From assembly GCF_001194135.2 (NCBI RefSeq), contig NC_068993.1:14172864-14236863 (forward strand): DNA of 64,000 bases. Reading direction: 5' to 3'. Positions 10,716 to 23,164 of this stretch are shown here, one piece after another. The DNA comes from Octopus bimaculoides (lineage: Eukaryota). How positions within the stretch are numbered: the stretch's first letter is position 1; each line of letters opens with the position of its first letter. Both the position numbers and the translations under genes were made by a program. The notes under the pieces were generated by a model. The model was not told the origin of the DNA. It saw only the letters and a program-made list of their open reading frames with translations, and searched no databases.

Positions 10716-13640
10716 CTTCAGCATTTCGGAGAGTTGACTTATCATCGAACAAAAATAGGGCAGAAAAACAGAATGAATTTTACTGCATTTTCGGATCATT
10801 CGTTTCTATTTTTATGTTTTACTACTTTCTGTGCATTTCCAACATTTTTGTTTGTTGAAGGAAATCATTCCGAAACATGAAACTCTTCTACACTATAGAA
10901 AAAGTAAACTTCATAATGTGCACACAGTTTCATTTTACTTAAGCTTCTCATATATTTCCAGACCTCAGTATGAGCTTGTTATTTTACTTATCGACGAATC
11001 ATAAATAAAAATCAAACTGAGCTGCAGTGTAACTTACCTTATATTATATAAGACTGTGTCTGTATAATCTTCTCTTTCAATAATATCCTGATTATAGAAA
11101 AGCATTCTATTTGCTTACTGAAAATTTAAACATTTGCAAATAGATTCTGCACATATCCAGAAGTAGCTTCCGCCGATGTAATTGTGCCTAAATCCTGAGT
11201 GATGCTTATTTTATTGAACATAGTAGGAGGAAGAATGATTCGACGGTTGCAGCACTTGAAACAAAAGCATGAGTGAATATATGTGAATACTTCAATGTGT
11301 GTCCGTCTGACATCCAGCACTATGATGAATAGAGTGATATAGTAAACACTGGAGGAAAATAAAAAAACAATGACACAAAAGTAGTGTACCTGGTTAACGA
11401 AACGCAGTATATAACTGTTTGTTTTATTGTGATTAGCAGGAAGAAATCGAAAGTAAAGTACTTACAGTATTTTATTGTATCGGTGTTTTCTCAATTCTTG
11501 TCTACTAGCTTGGGAACTGCTGGAGGAATTAGGTTATTTTTAATGTAGTGTAAATGCTTCCAATACAACTTTAACTTATGTAATTTGCATCAACTTTCAC
11601 ACACAGCTCTATATAATATCAACCGAAAATGTAGCCTGGTGTCTCGAAGCAGATTAAGAATGCATATAATGAGATCAGTCGAATGGGACGAGTATGCCAT
11701 CCATGATTTTGATTGAAATAGTAATTATAAGGTCTTCAAAGGGAGGACTTTTACTGCTCTCGCCTCAGCTTATTAATGATAATAGTTTTCCAATAGCTGA
11801 TGGATGCAATGTGAAGCTACACCAGTTAGATGCAATATTCCAACGTGCTAACTTTCTGGTTCAAAACTTAACTTGCTTAAAACTAAACTTTACGGTATCT
11901 TGATATGATATATCCATAACCACCCACTCCAACACATTTCTCTCTACAAATTAAAACATATGTTAGAATTTTCAGTGTTAAATGCCTATTCATTCTTTTT
12001 GAAATCATTTCAACTTGCCAATGAAACTGAATTTGTAGCATTGAGTATATTTATTTTAAATGGAGATAAGAAATTCACCAACATTCTTTTGCAATTGATC
12101 TTTTATGTTTTGTCTCTTTCTTTACAGAATTCCAGCTGTTTTGTAATGCTTCAAACTTTATACTAGAAATGGTGTTTAGAAACGACAGGATAAGAAGCAG
12201 TTGAATTGTGTCAGTGATCCTGTCTAAGGCATTCAACAACTAGGGCTTTCTGTTATCGGTAGTAAACACTTTAATATATACAACACTATCTGACGCATTA
12301 TATTCTACAATACAATGAAGAATTAAAATATAACTGATATAATGACATGCATTGTAAATAGATTTCATATGTCCTCCTTCACCAAGTAAAACACCTTACA
12401 TATGGTCACATGCTATATAAGTACCAGTCCGACAATTTAAAAAAACATTTATGCAATATCAAAATGTTAATTAGTCTACATATTTAAGAGTACATATTAA
12501 GAGTACATATTTTATAATCCAATGTTCCTCAACTGTGCTAAAAGCGTAAAAGTATTTTAAACGTGGATAGCGACCAGATGGAAAATATTGTTTCTGAATT
12601 ATACTTAATAGTAAGTTGAATTTCAAGGTTGTTTATATTATAGATCTGTAATTTAATTTCATTGGAATAACTTCACTGCAACGTCTCCCAAGTAGAAATG
12701 TTTAGCTTGATTGGTTTATCACATGAGTTTCGTGGTGCCGATGTATTGATCAGCTGACACGTTATATGAAAGATCTCATAGAGTTTCACCATAATCATTT
12801 CCACTAATATTACGTCTTCTAAATTGCTGCTTGTGGCATCCCTTCATGAACAAAATTCCGGATAAATCATTTATAACAATGCTAACTTCTTCATTATTGA
12901 ACAGAAATTAATTGCGACATTATCATGTGTGTTTCATAAATCACATTAATCAATGTAATTACATTCATTTAAATCTCGATCGTCACACTCTACCCAACAC
13001 CTTTGCAATCGGGAACAAAAGTCTTCGGCGTTTCACAGACGCACACGGAACTAAGTAGCTAAATGGGCGTTGACACATCATTACATTATGCAACATTAGA
13101 GAAAATGTTATTGTTACGAAAATCTGAATTCTAGAATTTACAATTTAGTAACTGGACATAATAAGAAGTCAACTATACAATGTTAGCAATTATTAAATGT
13201 GACAGGGCGATACATTCTTACTATCATGTCTAACACATTTGTCTGTGAACTACAGGATATATCCCAAAAATATTACTATAAAAAATGGATGCCTTATTTC
13301 ATTCTGCATTTTAAAAATTAACACAATTGAGAATTATATCAATTATTTAGGCTAACTGACCTCACATAAATCAAATACTAAAATTTGGTTAAGATTTTAG
13401 TGTAGAAATATACTAACATGTAATATATTGGTTTATAAATGCTGATTCCCTATGCATATTTGTATTAGAAGCAATATACGTGTTAAATATACAGTTTCAT
13501 CTTTCTCAAATTCTTTACTATGAAATGCCAAGTATAATTAGGACACAGCAAAGTATAATAGAACAAAGACTAGTACGTGTTTCTTTTGCATCTATAGAAC
13601 TTTTCTCTCATTAAATAAATGGGCTAGATAGACAAGACTA

Positions 13641-13850
13641 GACTCCATTCGGTCATGGATAGCCATGGGATGTAACTCGAAAGTTCCCTTCTGAGGCACA
13701 AGTCTTGGCAAGATCAGTTATCGAAAACTAGCAGTCGCTCATGCGTTCTAGCCTCCCCTCTCCAGGCCACTGATGTTATCCAAGGTAAAGGCAAAGGCCG
13801 ATACAACTTGGTACCAGTGACGGCGCAACTCATTTCTACAGTTGGGTGAA
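13641..13850 (-). mobile_element. 5'-truncated CORE-type SINE (family B), inverted partner of 13845-14167
   Basis: Reverse complement ttcacccaactgtagaaatgag...gtatcggcctttgcc...catgaccgaatggagtc aligns to 13965-14160. Confidence 0.9.
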
Positions 13851-14167
13851 GATGCATGGCTCAGTGGTTAGAGTCGGGGTCCCAATCCTGTAGTAGTGAG
13901 TTCAGATCCTGGACCGGGCAGTGCGTTGAGCTCTTTAGCAAGACACTTTATTCCATGTTACTCCAATTCACTCAAGTGTAATAATGAATGCCAAGCTGTA
14001 TCGGACTTTGTCTTTCCCTTGCGTAACATCGGTAACGTGGAAATGGGAGGGTTGTATGCATGGGCGACTGCTAGTCTTCCATAAACAACCTTGCGCGGGC
14101 TTGTATCTCGAATGAGATCTTTCTAGGTGTAATCCCATGGTCAATCGTGACCGATGGAGTTCTTTAC
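13845..14167 (+). mobile_element. Near full-length CORE-type SINE (family B)
   Basis: tRNA head tggctcagtggttagag...gagttcagatcc; CORE-like tttagcaagacacttta; tail aatcccatggtcaatcgtgaccgatggagttctttac. Confidence 0.9.
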
Positions 14168-14544
14168 TAGACAAGACTAATATCTAAACTTTTGTCCTCT
14201 GGTTTTCTTTCAGTTATATTGTTCTCTGAAATTTTCTGAATTCTGTTTAAAGGTGGTATAAAATAATTTTGAATCTACTCTATCTGTTTTAGTGAATACT
14301 TAAAATATATTCATGTGATGTTTACGAAAACAGAGAGCTCGGAGATGTAAATCAGTAGCCGTTTGATAGATTTGTTGTTATTTTTCTATCAAACTATGTT
14401 AATTTTCATAGGGAAAAGCTATGATATGCATCTCTAGTTTGAGATATACCCTGCCTCTGCTAAAGTGAATACAATTTTACAACTTCTGACATTCAGTGAT
14501 TAATTGTATGAAATAGGGTTACATTCGCTCCATTATTCAAGCAA

Positions 14545-14883
14545 TGAATCGAAGGGTTTATAATCAGAGGGCTAATAATTATTGAAGATGAACCCCGAAT
14601 CGTTATACCAGTCCCAATACTACTTTCCAACATAAGGACAAAAGCAAAATCACTACGTTGACTAGCCACGTGTGGAGTTTGAAATCTAACGCAGCTCCAC
14701 ACAAAGTGGAAATAATCGAAAAGGCTACACCTTATGATGACTGATCCAAAAAAATGTAAGCTATGCTTAGCTGAAAGACCTGAGATGGTTTTTAGGTCTA
14801 AGATCGCTAACTCACTACTGAGCACTATGTCTAAAATGTTCAACGGTTGTAAACATATGCCTAAGTTCCTATTCAAGGATTAG
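14545..14883 (+). mobile_element. Penelope-like element, C-terminal GIY-YIG endonuclease remnant
   Basis: NRYTSPNTTFQHKDKSKITTLTSHVWSLK...IIEKATPYDD*SKKCKLCLAE...LL...CKHMPKFLFKD*; matches the PLE endonuclease pattern T.L..Y/HVW.LK...C.LCL.EK...C.H..KF. Confidence 0.8.
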
Positions 14884-16110
14884 GAAGTTCCTCCCTAATC
14901 TGATTAAATTCTTACCGTAAACGCAAAGTCTCTATTTTTCCAGCCTTATAATTTACGGTCTAAGGGAGATAACTCTTTCCACTCTTTTGCTTCTATTTGA
15001 ATACTTTTTCATTTTATCTAAGTCACTTTTTAGTTATTAATGGCTGTGGTACAATTATTCTCTCTATTATTGTATGTCTTAGGTTAATTAATTAATTCTA
15101 AACTGATGACACTATCCCACAACCCTGATTACCAAATAATGGATGCCAGTTCCAACATAACCATTCATCCCGATTCTGTTATAAATTCTAGTTTACACCC
15201 TCCTTTACTGACGACACATGAACCTAGCTTAAATTCACTAGAGCGGTATTTTAACTATCAAGCAAACAAAAACCCCTGTAGTTTAGCACATCCAATTTAT
15301 GTCCACTCAAGGGATTTTGTTTACCCCAGAAATGTGATATAAAAAATGTACTGTGATGACACCCCGCAACCACCAGGCAAGGATATATATGGGTGCACAG
15401 TAAACTTTAAGCTTAATTATTGTGCACACATTAATTCTTTTATTCACCCCAAAATTAAATTTTCTACTTCACCAGTGACACAATTCCATAATTTCAAAGC
15501 CAAAAAAAATACAGTAAAAACTATCCTCCTCAATAGTTACGAAGCCTCCCCCCCCACACAATTACAATTCATATATACTAAGCCGTAAACTCTGTATTAA
15601 AGAATCATGAACTATTCGTATGTATAATTCTTCAATATTAAATTGGTTTTCAGATATTATTTTCTCTTATAGACACGGATATTATTCGACCCTTAGACAT
15701 TTGGCTAACTGTTCACAATAAATTGTTATTCCATTAAATCTTAATTTTAATATCTTGGATTTTATTCTCTCCTCTAAACCTCCACTTCTAATATCATTAA
15801 TAGCTTCGTTTTAATAGTAGTATATTCTCCCCTCTTACTACTCTCTAAAACACCATCCTACTAATAAGTGTAGTCCTCTATAAAGATTATCAACTTTGAT
15901 TTCCACTACATCAACATAACAAATGTAAACTTATCGGATGGAAACATCTCGGTGGTATGAATTATTGGACCTTAAAATCTATTATATCTTTGGACCACGA
16001 TGACGCCAGAAACGACCGTCTGACCTTAGCGACTTATAACATTCTATATGGATTTATAGCATTCTACACTTATACTCGAACCCATTCTATTTTTAATATC
16101 GTTTTTATTG
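14884..16110 (+). mobile_element. Probable 3' UTR / pseudo-LTR of the PLE
   Basis: Immediately follows the endonuclease stop codon; C-rich composition distinct from flanks; degenerate hammerhead-like core near its end. Boundaries inferred. Confidence 0.45.
15991..16025 (+). ncRNA. Degenerate minimal type I hammerhead-like motif
   Basis: tggacca-c[t]gatga-cgcca-gaaa-cgaccg-tc; core U missing, stem III one change from palindromic, stems I and II poorly paired. Confidence 0.3.
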
Positions 16111-16690
16111 TAAGTCAGGATATGTATTTGCATAATTTAAATATATTCTTAATGTATTTGTATTGATGTATGTATATATTTTTAATGTATTTTTAATGTA
16201 TTTATGTATATATATANNNNNNNNNNNNNNNNNNNNNNNNNNNNNNNNNNNNNNNNNNNNNNNNNNNNNNNNNNNNNNNNNNNNNNNNNNNNNNNNNNNN
16301 NNNNNNNNNNNNNNNNNNNNNNNNNNNNNNNNNNNNNNNNNNNNNNNNNNNNNNNNNNNNNNNNNNNNNNNNNNNNNNNNNNNNNNNNNNNNNNNNNNNN
16401 NNNNNNNNNNNNNNNNNNNNNNNNNNNNNNNNNNNNNNNNNNNNNNNNNNNNNNNNNNNNNNNNNNNNNNNNNNNNNNNNNNNNNNNNNNNNNNNNNNNN
16501 NNNNNNNNNNNNNNNNNNNNNNNNNNNNNNNNNNNNNNNNNNNNNNNNNNNNNNNNNCTAAAGAATTTATTTTTACAGATGTATTAAAAGTTAAAAGAGC
16601 ATGATATCATTAAATACCATTTAACTCTTTTATTGATTAGTACGTGCGGTTGTATAACGGACATTTTCTTTTCTTTTGTGTCCTTTTAAA

Positions 16691-16975
16691 GACTAGCGAG
16701 TCTCATGGGTCCGTTTTCCCGGTTTCTATGGCGTATGTGTTACCTCCAGCTGGACGGGACGCCAGTCCATCGCAGCTTTACTCAAGAAACAGGAAGAAAG
16801 AGTGAGAGAAAGTTGGAGTGAAAGCGTAGAACAGGGGTCGCCACCTCACCCTGCTGGAGTCTCGTGGAGCTTTAGGTGTTTTCGCTCAAGAAAAAAACAA
16901 CGCCCGGCTTGAAAATCGAAACCGCGATCCTCCGACAAAAGTACGCTGCCCTAACCACTGGGTCATTGCGCCTCC
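16691..16975 (-). mobile_element. Full-length tRNA-derived SINE (family C)
   Basis: Reverse complement ggaggcgcaatgacccagtggttagggcagc...ggtttcgatt...cttgagcgaaaacacctaaagctcca...ctgcgatggactggcgtcccgtccag...gaaaccggg. Confidence 0.85.
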
Positions 16976-19411
16976 ATGTATAATGGACATACACCATATA
17001 TATTACCGGAAGTATTCAGTCTACTATTTACGTATTTATTTTATGCCAAGGCCTTATGTGTTTGAATCAGCATGAAACAATATAAATTTCAATTTTGCAG
17101 TCTGCAGAGTGTATTTTCTATTTTTCAACCAACCGAGAGCATGTTTTTTTGCCTCCCATGAGATTTATGGCTGCGTTATGTTTCTTTGAAAGTTCATATC
17201 TAGGTTGGCTATCGCAGTTACTATCGTATTTTCATATTGCTTTTAGGTGTATATTGGCTCATAAGTTTTAATTCCATTGTTGTATCGCTGTAATGTGGCA
17301 ACTATGCTGAGTATTGCGGAAGTGAAAACGTTCGAGAGCTATAATATCTATTATGATCTGGACAGTTGTTTTATGAACGCCTTTGATTAATAATCTTTGA
17401 TCAACGAAGGAAGATGTGGGTTTAAATGAACTCATGTATAATACACAAATATTTATGGAAATTCTATATGTGTACTCAAGGTCACAGCAACATGTGCCTT
17501 GGAAGAGGACAAAAGACAAAGAAACAAGCAACAAATCGTTATAGAAATAAGCAACTACAAAGATAAGTGGTCAAATTTGTAATAACAATACGTCAGGAGT
17601 ATTGATATGTTCTCATTTCCCCGGAACAGCCAGGCTACGAATTCAAAACTAGAATAGGATTATATTCTTTACGGTTCAATGATTAAACATTTTAACGCTA
17701 GCTACTGGATAAAAAGTCATTTGCCTCCGTTTAATCTTAACTTCTGTGTACAAATATCTACTTTGGTTTGATAGTATTGCGATCAGCATTAATGCTATAT
17801 TAAACCGTCAATAATATATCATTTGTATTCGATTTACTATGTGATCTTCTGTCTCATCTGTTTGTTTATTTAACTCTTCTTGCTTACTTTTGAACCTATG
17901 ATTATGTTAAATAAAGCACTTACGCGATGAGTTATAAAACACAATATATTCTTAGAAAAATATAAAAGTAAAATGAAACCTTAGATTGTAAAGGAATATA
18001 ATACGAACGGAAATGATAGATACTTAAACGCTCTTTGTTTTATTTATTTATGTGACACATCCTGATCTCTCCTTCTAAAATAGCTTTTAAAATCTTATGT
18101 ATATTTTCAGATTGGAAATGAATGTAAGTTAAACGGATTATACGCTGATACTTTAACGGCATTAGTCTTTCAATTTTACAGCGGCTGTTCACATCAGAAT
18201 GCATTTTATAAATATAATGGTTAAGTGGTTAATCTGGTGTAACCGCTAAAAATGTCTATCACATTTTGAAAGTAAAACAAAACATAAAATAAATGAAGCG
18301 AGTGTTCGAATGTACGGGAAAAGAGACACAGCCGCATCTTTATTCCTCTACAAAGGAAGCTATGCGCATAGATACTTACATACATATCCATATATAACCA
18401 TAAATACACACGCATCCTTACATCCGTGTGTGAATACGTATACACAAATAATCTTACAATATATATACGCACATACATCACTAACTTAAGACATAATGAC
18501 TTTGTGGACGTTCTAAACATCTTCGTTCGATATATTTGCAATCATGAGATGCAGCTGGATTTAATAACAACATATCAGTTCATATGGAAATGGAATATGG
18601 CCAAAATAAATGTTCATATTTGATAAATGAGTGAGATATAGAACCCAAGCATCAATGGTCCCTTGCACTCTTCCCTAATTCATTCAATGTGTGTAACAGG
18701 AACATATATATTCAAGAAAATATATCCATTGAAAATGGTTTAAGCAGAGATAAAATAAGCAAAATATATATCAAACTAAAGGGAAAATAGCAAAAAAATG
18801 TTTATATATATATCATGTATCAGTCAGAGCTGCATTCTTCGAAAAAGATGAAATCCTGTATTGGTTTTGAAGCACCAGTAAATATAGCAAAATGTGAGTC
18901 ACTTGATTGGACTACTGAGTAGATCCCGCTCCATAGGCGATAAAACTCCGCAAGACAATGGGAGTACCTGAAAATTACCCGCAAAATAAATTCATGTTAA
19001 ATGCTTCTGTCTTTAAAGAAGACACAGGGGAAGAAACGTAAGATCAGCATAGGAGATTTTGAGTGTCGTATTGTATGATTTTTACTTTTGTTGGTGATCT
19101 GTTATCGAGCATCACCCGTTCTTATTTGCTAGATAAGTAAATATGCTAGAGAAGCATAACAATTTAGTGCTAAGGGGAAAATGTACTGTTCCCGCTTCAG
19201 AGTGACTTATTAGATTTCATATATTTAACACAGCTTCTAGTAAACTTGTATACGAATGTTGTATACAAAGTGCAGGAGAATGCCAAAATACCCTGACCGG
19301 ATCGGACGACCTTGCAGTCGTCCACATCATTAATCATGAAGTCAGACATATTTACAAGAAAATATCTTGTAGTCTAACAAGATGATATACTACCTATATT
19401 GCATGCAAACA

Positions 19412-19529
19412 ATATAGGTATCGCGTCAACAAACTCGAATTTGTAATTGACAAGTAATACTACCACTAATGCTAGTAGTAGTATTACTTGTCAATTACAG
19501 ATTCGAGTCTGTGGACGTGATACATATAT
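19412..19529. repeat. Long inverted repeat (foldback hairpin)
   Basis: Perfect 22-bp arms at 19442-19463 and 19478-19499 with a 14-nt loop; pairing continues with few mismatches to 19412/19529. Confidence 0.93.
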
Positions 19530-19676
19530 CTTTTACATGTCACTAGAATATGATACGGCATATCTTTTAAATTACACAGAGAAATTTAATGTGCATACGT
19601 TCAAATTATTTTATGGTCTTTCGTTCTTCTGAGTTGACCCAAGCACCCACCCGCCTGTGTGCCTGTGCGCATGAAC

Positions 19677-19719
<43 letters not shown>

Positions 19720-21091
19720 AATCTATCTATCCATCTCACTCANNNNNNNNNNNNNNNNNNNNNNNNNNNNNNNNNNNNNNNNNNNNNNNNNNNNNNNNNN
19801 NNNNNNNNNNNNNNNNNNNNNNNNNNNNNNNNNNNNNNNNNNNNNNNNNNNNNNNNNNNNNNNNNNNNNNNNNNNNNNNNNNNNNNNNNNNNNNNNNNNN
19901 NNNNNNNNNNNNNNNNNNNNNNNNNNNNNNNNNNNNNNNNNNNNNNNNNNNNNNNNNNNNNNNNNNNNNNNNNNNNNNNNNNNNNNNNNNNNNNNNNNNN
20001 NNNNNNNNNNNNNNNNNNNNNNNNNNNNNNNNNNNNNNNNNNNNNNNNNNNNNNNNNNNNNNNNNNNNNNNNNNNNNNNNNNNNNNNNNNNNNNNNNNNN
20101 NNNNNNNNNNNNNNNNNNNNNNNNNNNNNNNNNNNNNNNNNNNNNNNNNNNNNNNNNNNNNNNNNNNNNNNNNNNNNNNNNNNNNNNNNNNNNNNNNNNN
20201 NNNNNNNNNNNNNNNNNNNNNNNNNNNNNNNNNNNNNNNNNNNNNNNNNNNNNNNNNNNNNNNNNNNNNNNNNNNNNNNNNNNNNNNNNNNNNNNNNNNN
20301 NNNNNNNNNNNNNNNNNTATATATATACATATGTTAGTAATAAATTGCGTGAAAAATGTAATCAGTTTCAGGTATACAATTTGAATTATTAAGTGAATAT
20401 GAACATTAATGATAGCTGTATTTACGTGAGTGAAATTGTGGCAAAGTCAATATAGCTTGTTACAGAAAATTGCTTGGAAATGAAACAGGAGATCGCCTTT
20501 CACTTAATTCTAATTAACCGTAATGATAATCCACTGTACTAATGGCTAGAGCATCATGATGGTAAGTAAGAGTGCTCTTCGAGGGCGATGCAGACCTTGA
20601 ACACATAGTTGTCATGGCAATTCGTTATAACGAATCGAATTACGGTGAATTTAATAGATACATGTGAAGGAGAAAAATATAATTGGTAATTTATACATGC
20701 TAGGTTATCGTACGAGAATGTATCAAGCCGATTTTGTCATTCGTTCTTATTAGAAAGAGCATCTCTTTAAACACAGATTCATAGCTGGAACTTCTCTCTC
20801 TTTATGTATATATGCTTGTGTATACATGCCTGTGTGTGCATGAGCGCGTGCTCGTCTGTGTGCGCGCGCATGTGTGCATGTGTCTGTATAGAAGTGTGTG
20901 TACTGGTGTGTGTCTGTATAGAAGTGTGTGTACTGGTGTGTGTAACTACTTCTATATAAAACTTTATATTCCTCTTATGCTGTATGTTTAGGTAAACGTA
21001 TGCGTACACACACACACACATGTGCACATATATATACGCATGCATAGCCAGGCATACATACATGAATGTATATGTATGCGTCACTCTGTGT

Positions 21092-21122
<31 letters not shown>

Positions 21123-22267
21123 CGCGTGTCTTTTAGTATGGCTCTTTATCCAAAAGTTCTGTATGATAAGCAATGGAGCTAATCAGAGGAACGATTTGAC
21201 GATCATGTACTAACATGCGTTCTGCTAATGGTGATGTAATTACAGTATAGGCAACTTATTTGCCAGAGATAGATAAATTGCGAGAAAGTCAGAGATTAGA
21301 GAAAGAGAGACATACAGAGGCAGAAAGATAGATCGATAAAGAGAGAGAGAGAGAGAAAGAAGGAGAGAGAGAGCAAGACGGAGAGAGCACGGGAGGGAGA
21401 GAGATGAGAAAGAGTTCGTGTTGGAGAGAATAGAAAGTCTTGCGTTACCTTTCCGAAATGACCAAGAAATATCTTTCTACCGGTAATTGATTGTGCGAAT
21501 GCGCACAGAAAGAAAATCACGAAAAAGCTACGAACCTGGGTTCAAATAATTTTTCATTGGATCTCAATCTTATGCTAAGTGACGATTTAGTTTTACCTTA
21601 AGGTAATATATCTGACATTTCAAAAAAAAAAAAAAGAAAAGCAAACAAATAAAGAAAAAAAANNNNNNNNNNNNNNNNNNNNAGGTAATATATCTGACAT
21701 TTCAAAAAAAAAAAAAGAAAAGCAAACAAATAAAGAAAAAAAAACAAACAAACGAAGAATACATCTACTGCAGTAAGCAAAAAGTAGATCAGTAAATAAA
21801 TAAATAAAATGAAAGAAATACAATATGTAAATAAATAAAATTAAAGAAAAAGAAAAAAAAAACAAATCATAGAATAAATAAAATATCCAAAAACATTTAG
21901 TCATTATATAACGGAACGAATTTTGTAGGTAAATGCATATGATTGCTTGTGTTACCAAGTTTGCGTATATGTCTATGTGTGAGTAAGAGACAGTGTGGGG
22001 TGTGTGTGTATGTGTGAGAGAGTGTGAGAGACACAGAGAGAAAGAGAGCGTGTGTGGGTGTATTTAAGTATCATCATGAACATGCTTATGCAATTTGGAA
22101 CGAACATATGTATGAGTTTCCTACAAGACACCAGAGAAGGCAGCACGAAATTGAAATCATTCGTCTCTGCTGGGAAATAAAGTTAAAGATTGCCGACTAA
22201 CGTGAATCAAACTATAGCTGCAACAAAGACGTCAACCCCCATCACCGCCATCACTCCTTCTGCAAGA

Positions 22268-22490
22268 GCAATAAATAATCTTTTTTACTATAGGCACATT
22301 TGGTGAGAAGGGGCCAGCCTCTTAGGTCGACCTTAGTACGCAACTGGTACTTAATTTATCGTTCCCCGAAAGGATGAAAGGATGAAAGTCGACCTCGGCG
22401 GAATTTGAACACAGATCGTAGCGGCAGACTAACTACCGCTAAGCATTTTTGCCCGGAGTGCTAACGATTAAGCCAGCTCACCTCCTTATC
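22268..22490 (-). mobile_element. Family A SINE, near full length
   Basis: ggtacttaatttatcg..gaaaggatgaaa..gtcgacctcggcggaatttgaac...gctaacgatt..gccagctc. Confidence 0.88.
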
Positions 22491-22499
22491 ACTTACTTA

Positions 22500-22580
22500 G
22501 CCAATATGCGACAAAGAAGGATCGAATCCGTGACCTCATGATTCCGAAGCGAACTTCTCAAACATTCGGCCATTGGCACA
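22500..22580 (-). mobile_element. tRNA-like SINE head fragment
   Basis: Reverse complement gtgccaatggccgaatg...ggtcacggattcgatcc (A- and B-box). Confidence 0.55.
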
Positions 22581-22829
22581 CACTACTACTACTACTAATA
22601 ATAATAATAATGATGATGTCAGGCACATCACAAAGGCTAGTTACGAAGCCTGCATACCAAGCCATTGTAAATTTATCCATTATCATATGCGTATGTGCAT
22701 TGCCAACAATTATGCCTCTAAGGCTACTTGCGAGAATGGAAAGCAAATCTATAACGTAATGGTAATTAATTTTTTTGTTCTGTTTCTACATCACCATTTT
22801 TGAAACATATGTCTAACAAGTATGTATGT

Positions 22830-23158
22830 AAGAGCATTAGATTCCTTGGAAGAAAGCAGCGAATGTATACGAAAACAAGATGGAAAAAACGGAGAAAGTT
22901 AAACAAATACAAAAAAGCAGAATATAACAACAGGTGTCTTTCGACTAAGGGCGAATTAAATTAAGATGGCGTTTGTGGAAGTAAAACCTTACGGCAGGGA
23001 TACAAGATTTCACAGGCACAGGGAAAAAGGTAGATGTTGCACGGACAACGGCCGAACCTAGTAATACCGTCCTTGTTTTCTTTGTATCGTCTATCTGGAT
23101 GTTTTGTTGACCCGTTCTTGTATCACCTAACTGTCTAGATGTTTGCGTCCCTGTTCCA
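22830..23158. repeat. Unclassified interspersed repeat with internal inverted motif
   Basis: gaaaacaagatgg (~22871) is inverted relative to ccgtccttgttttc (23067); 23067-23158 is homologous to 4716-4805. Confidence 0.6.
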
Positions 23159-23164
23159 TTTCCT

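Noticed and set aside
11126-11530. Minus-strand acceptor/donor pair with a ~110-nt intron and a 64-aa ORF
   Set aside because: The spliced phase does not lead into the long frame; no recognisable product
20466-20561. 96-nt plus-strand segment with AG and a strong GTAAGT
   Set aside because: Stops in all three frames and no linking evidence
20620-20635. Perfect 16-bp palindrome attcgttataacgaat
   Set aside because: Isolated, AT-rich, no element boundaries; compatible with chance or a tiny MITE relic
21600-21745. Exact ~60-bp direct repeat
   Set aside because: The copies flank a 20-N gap, typical of an unmerged contig overlap
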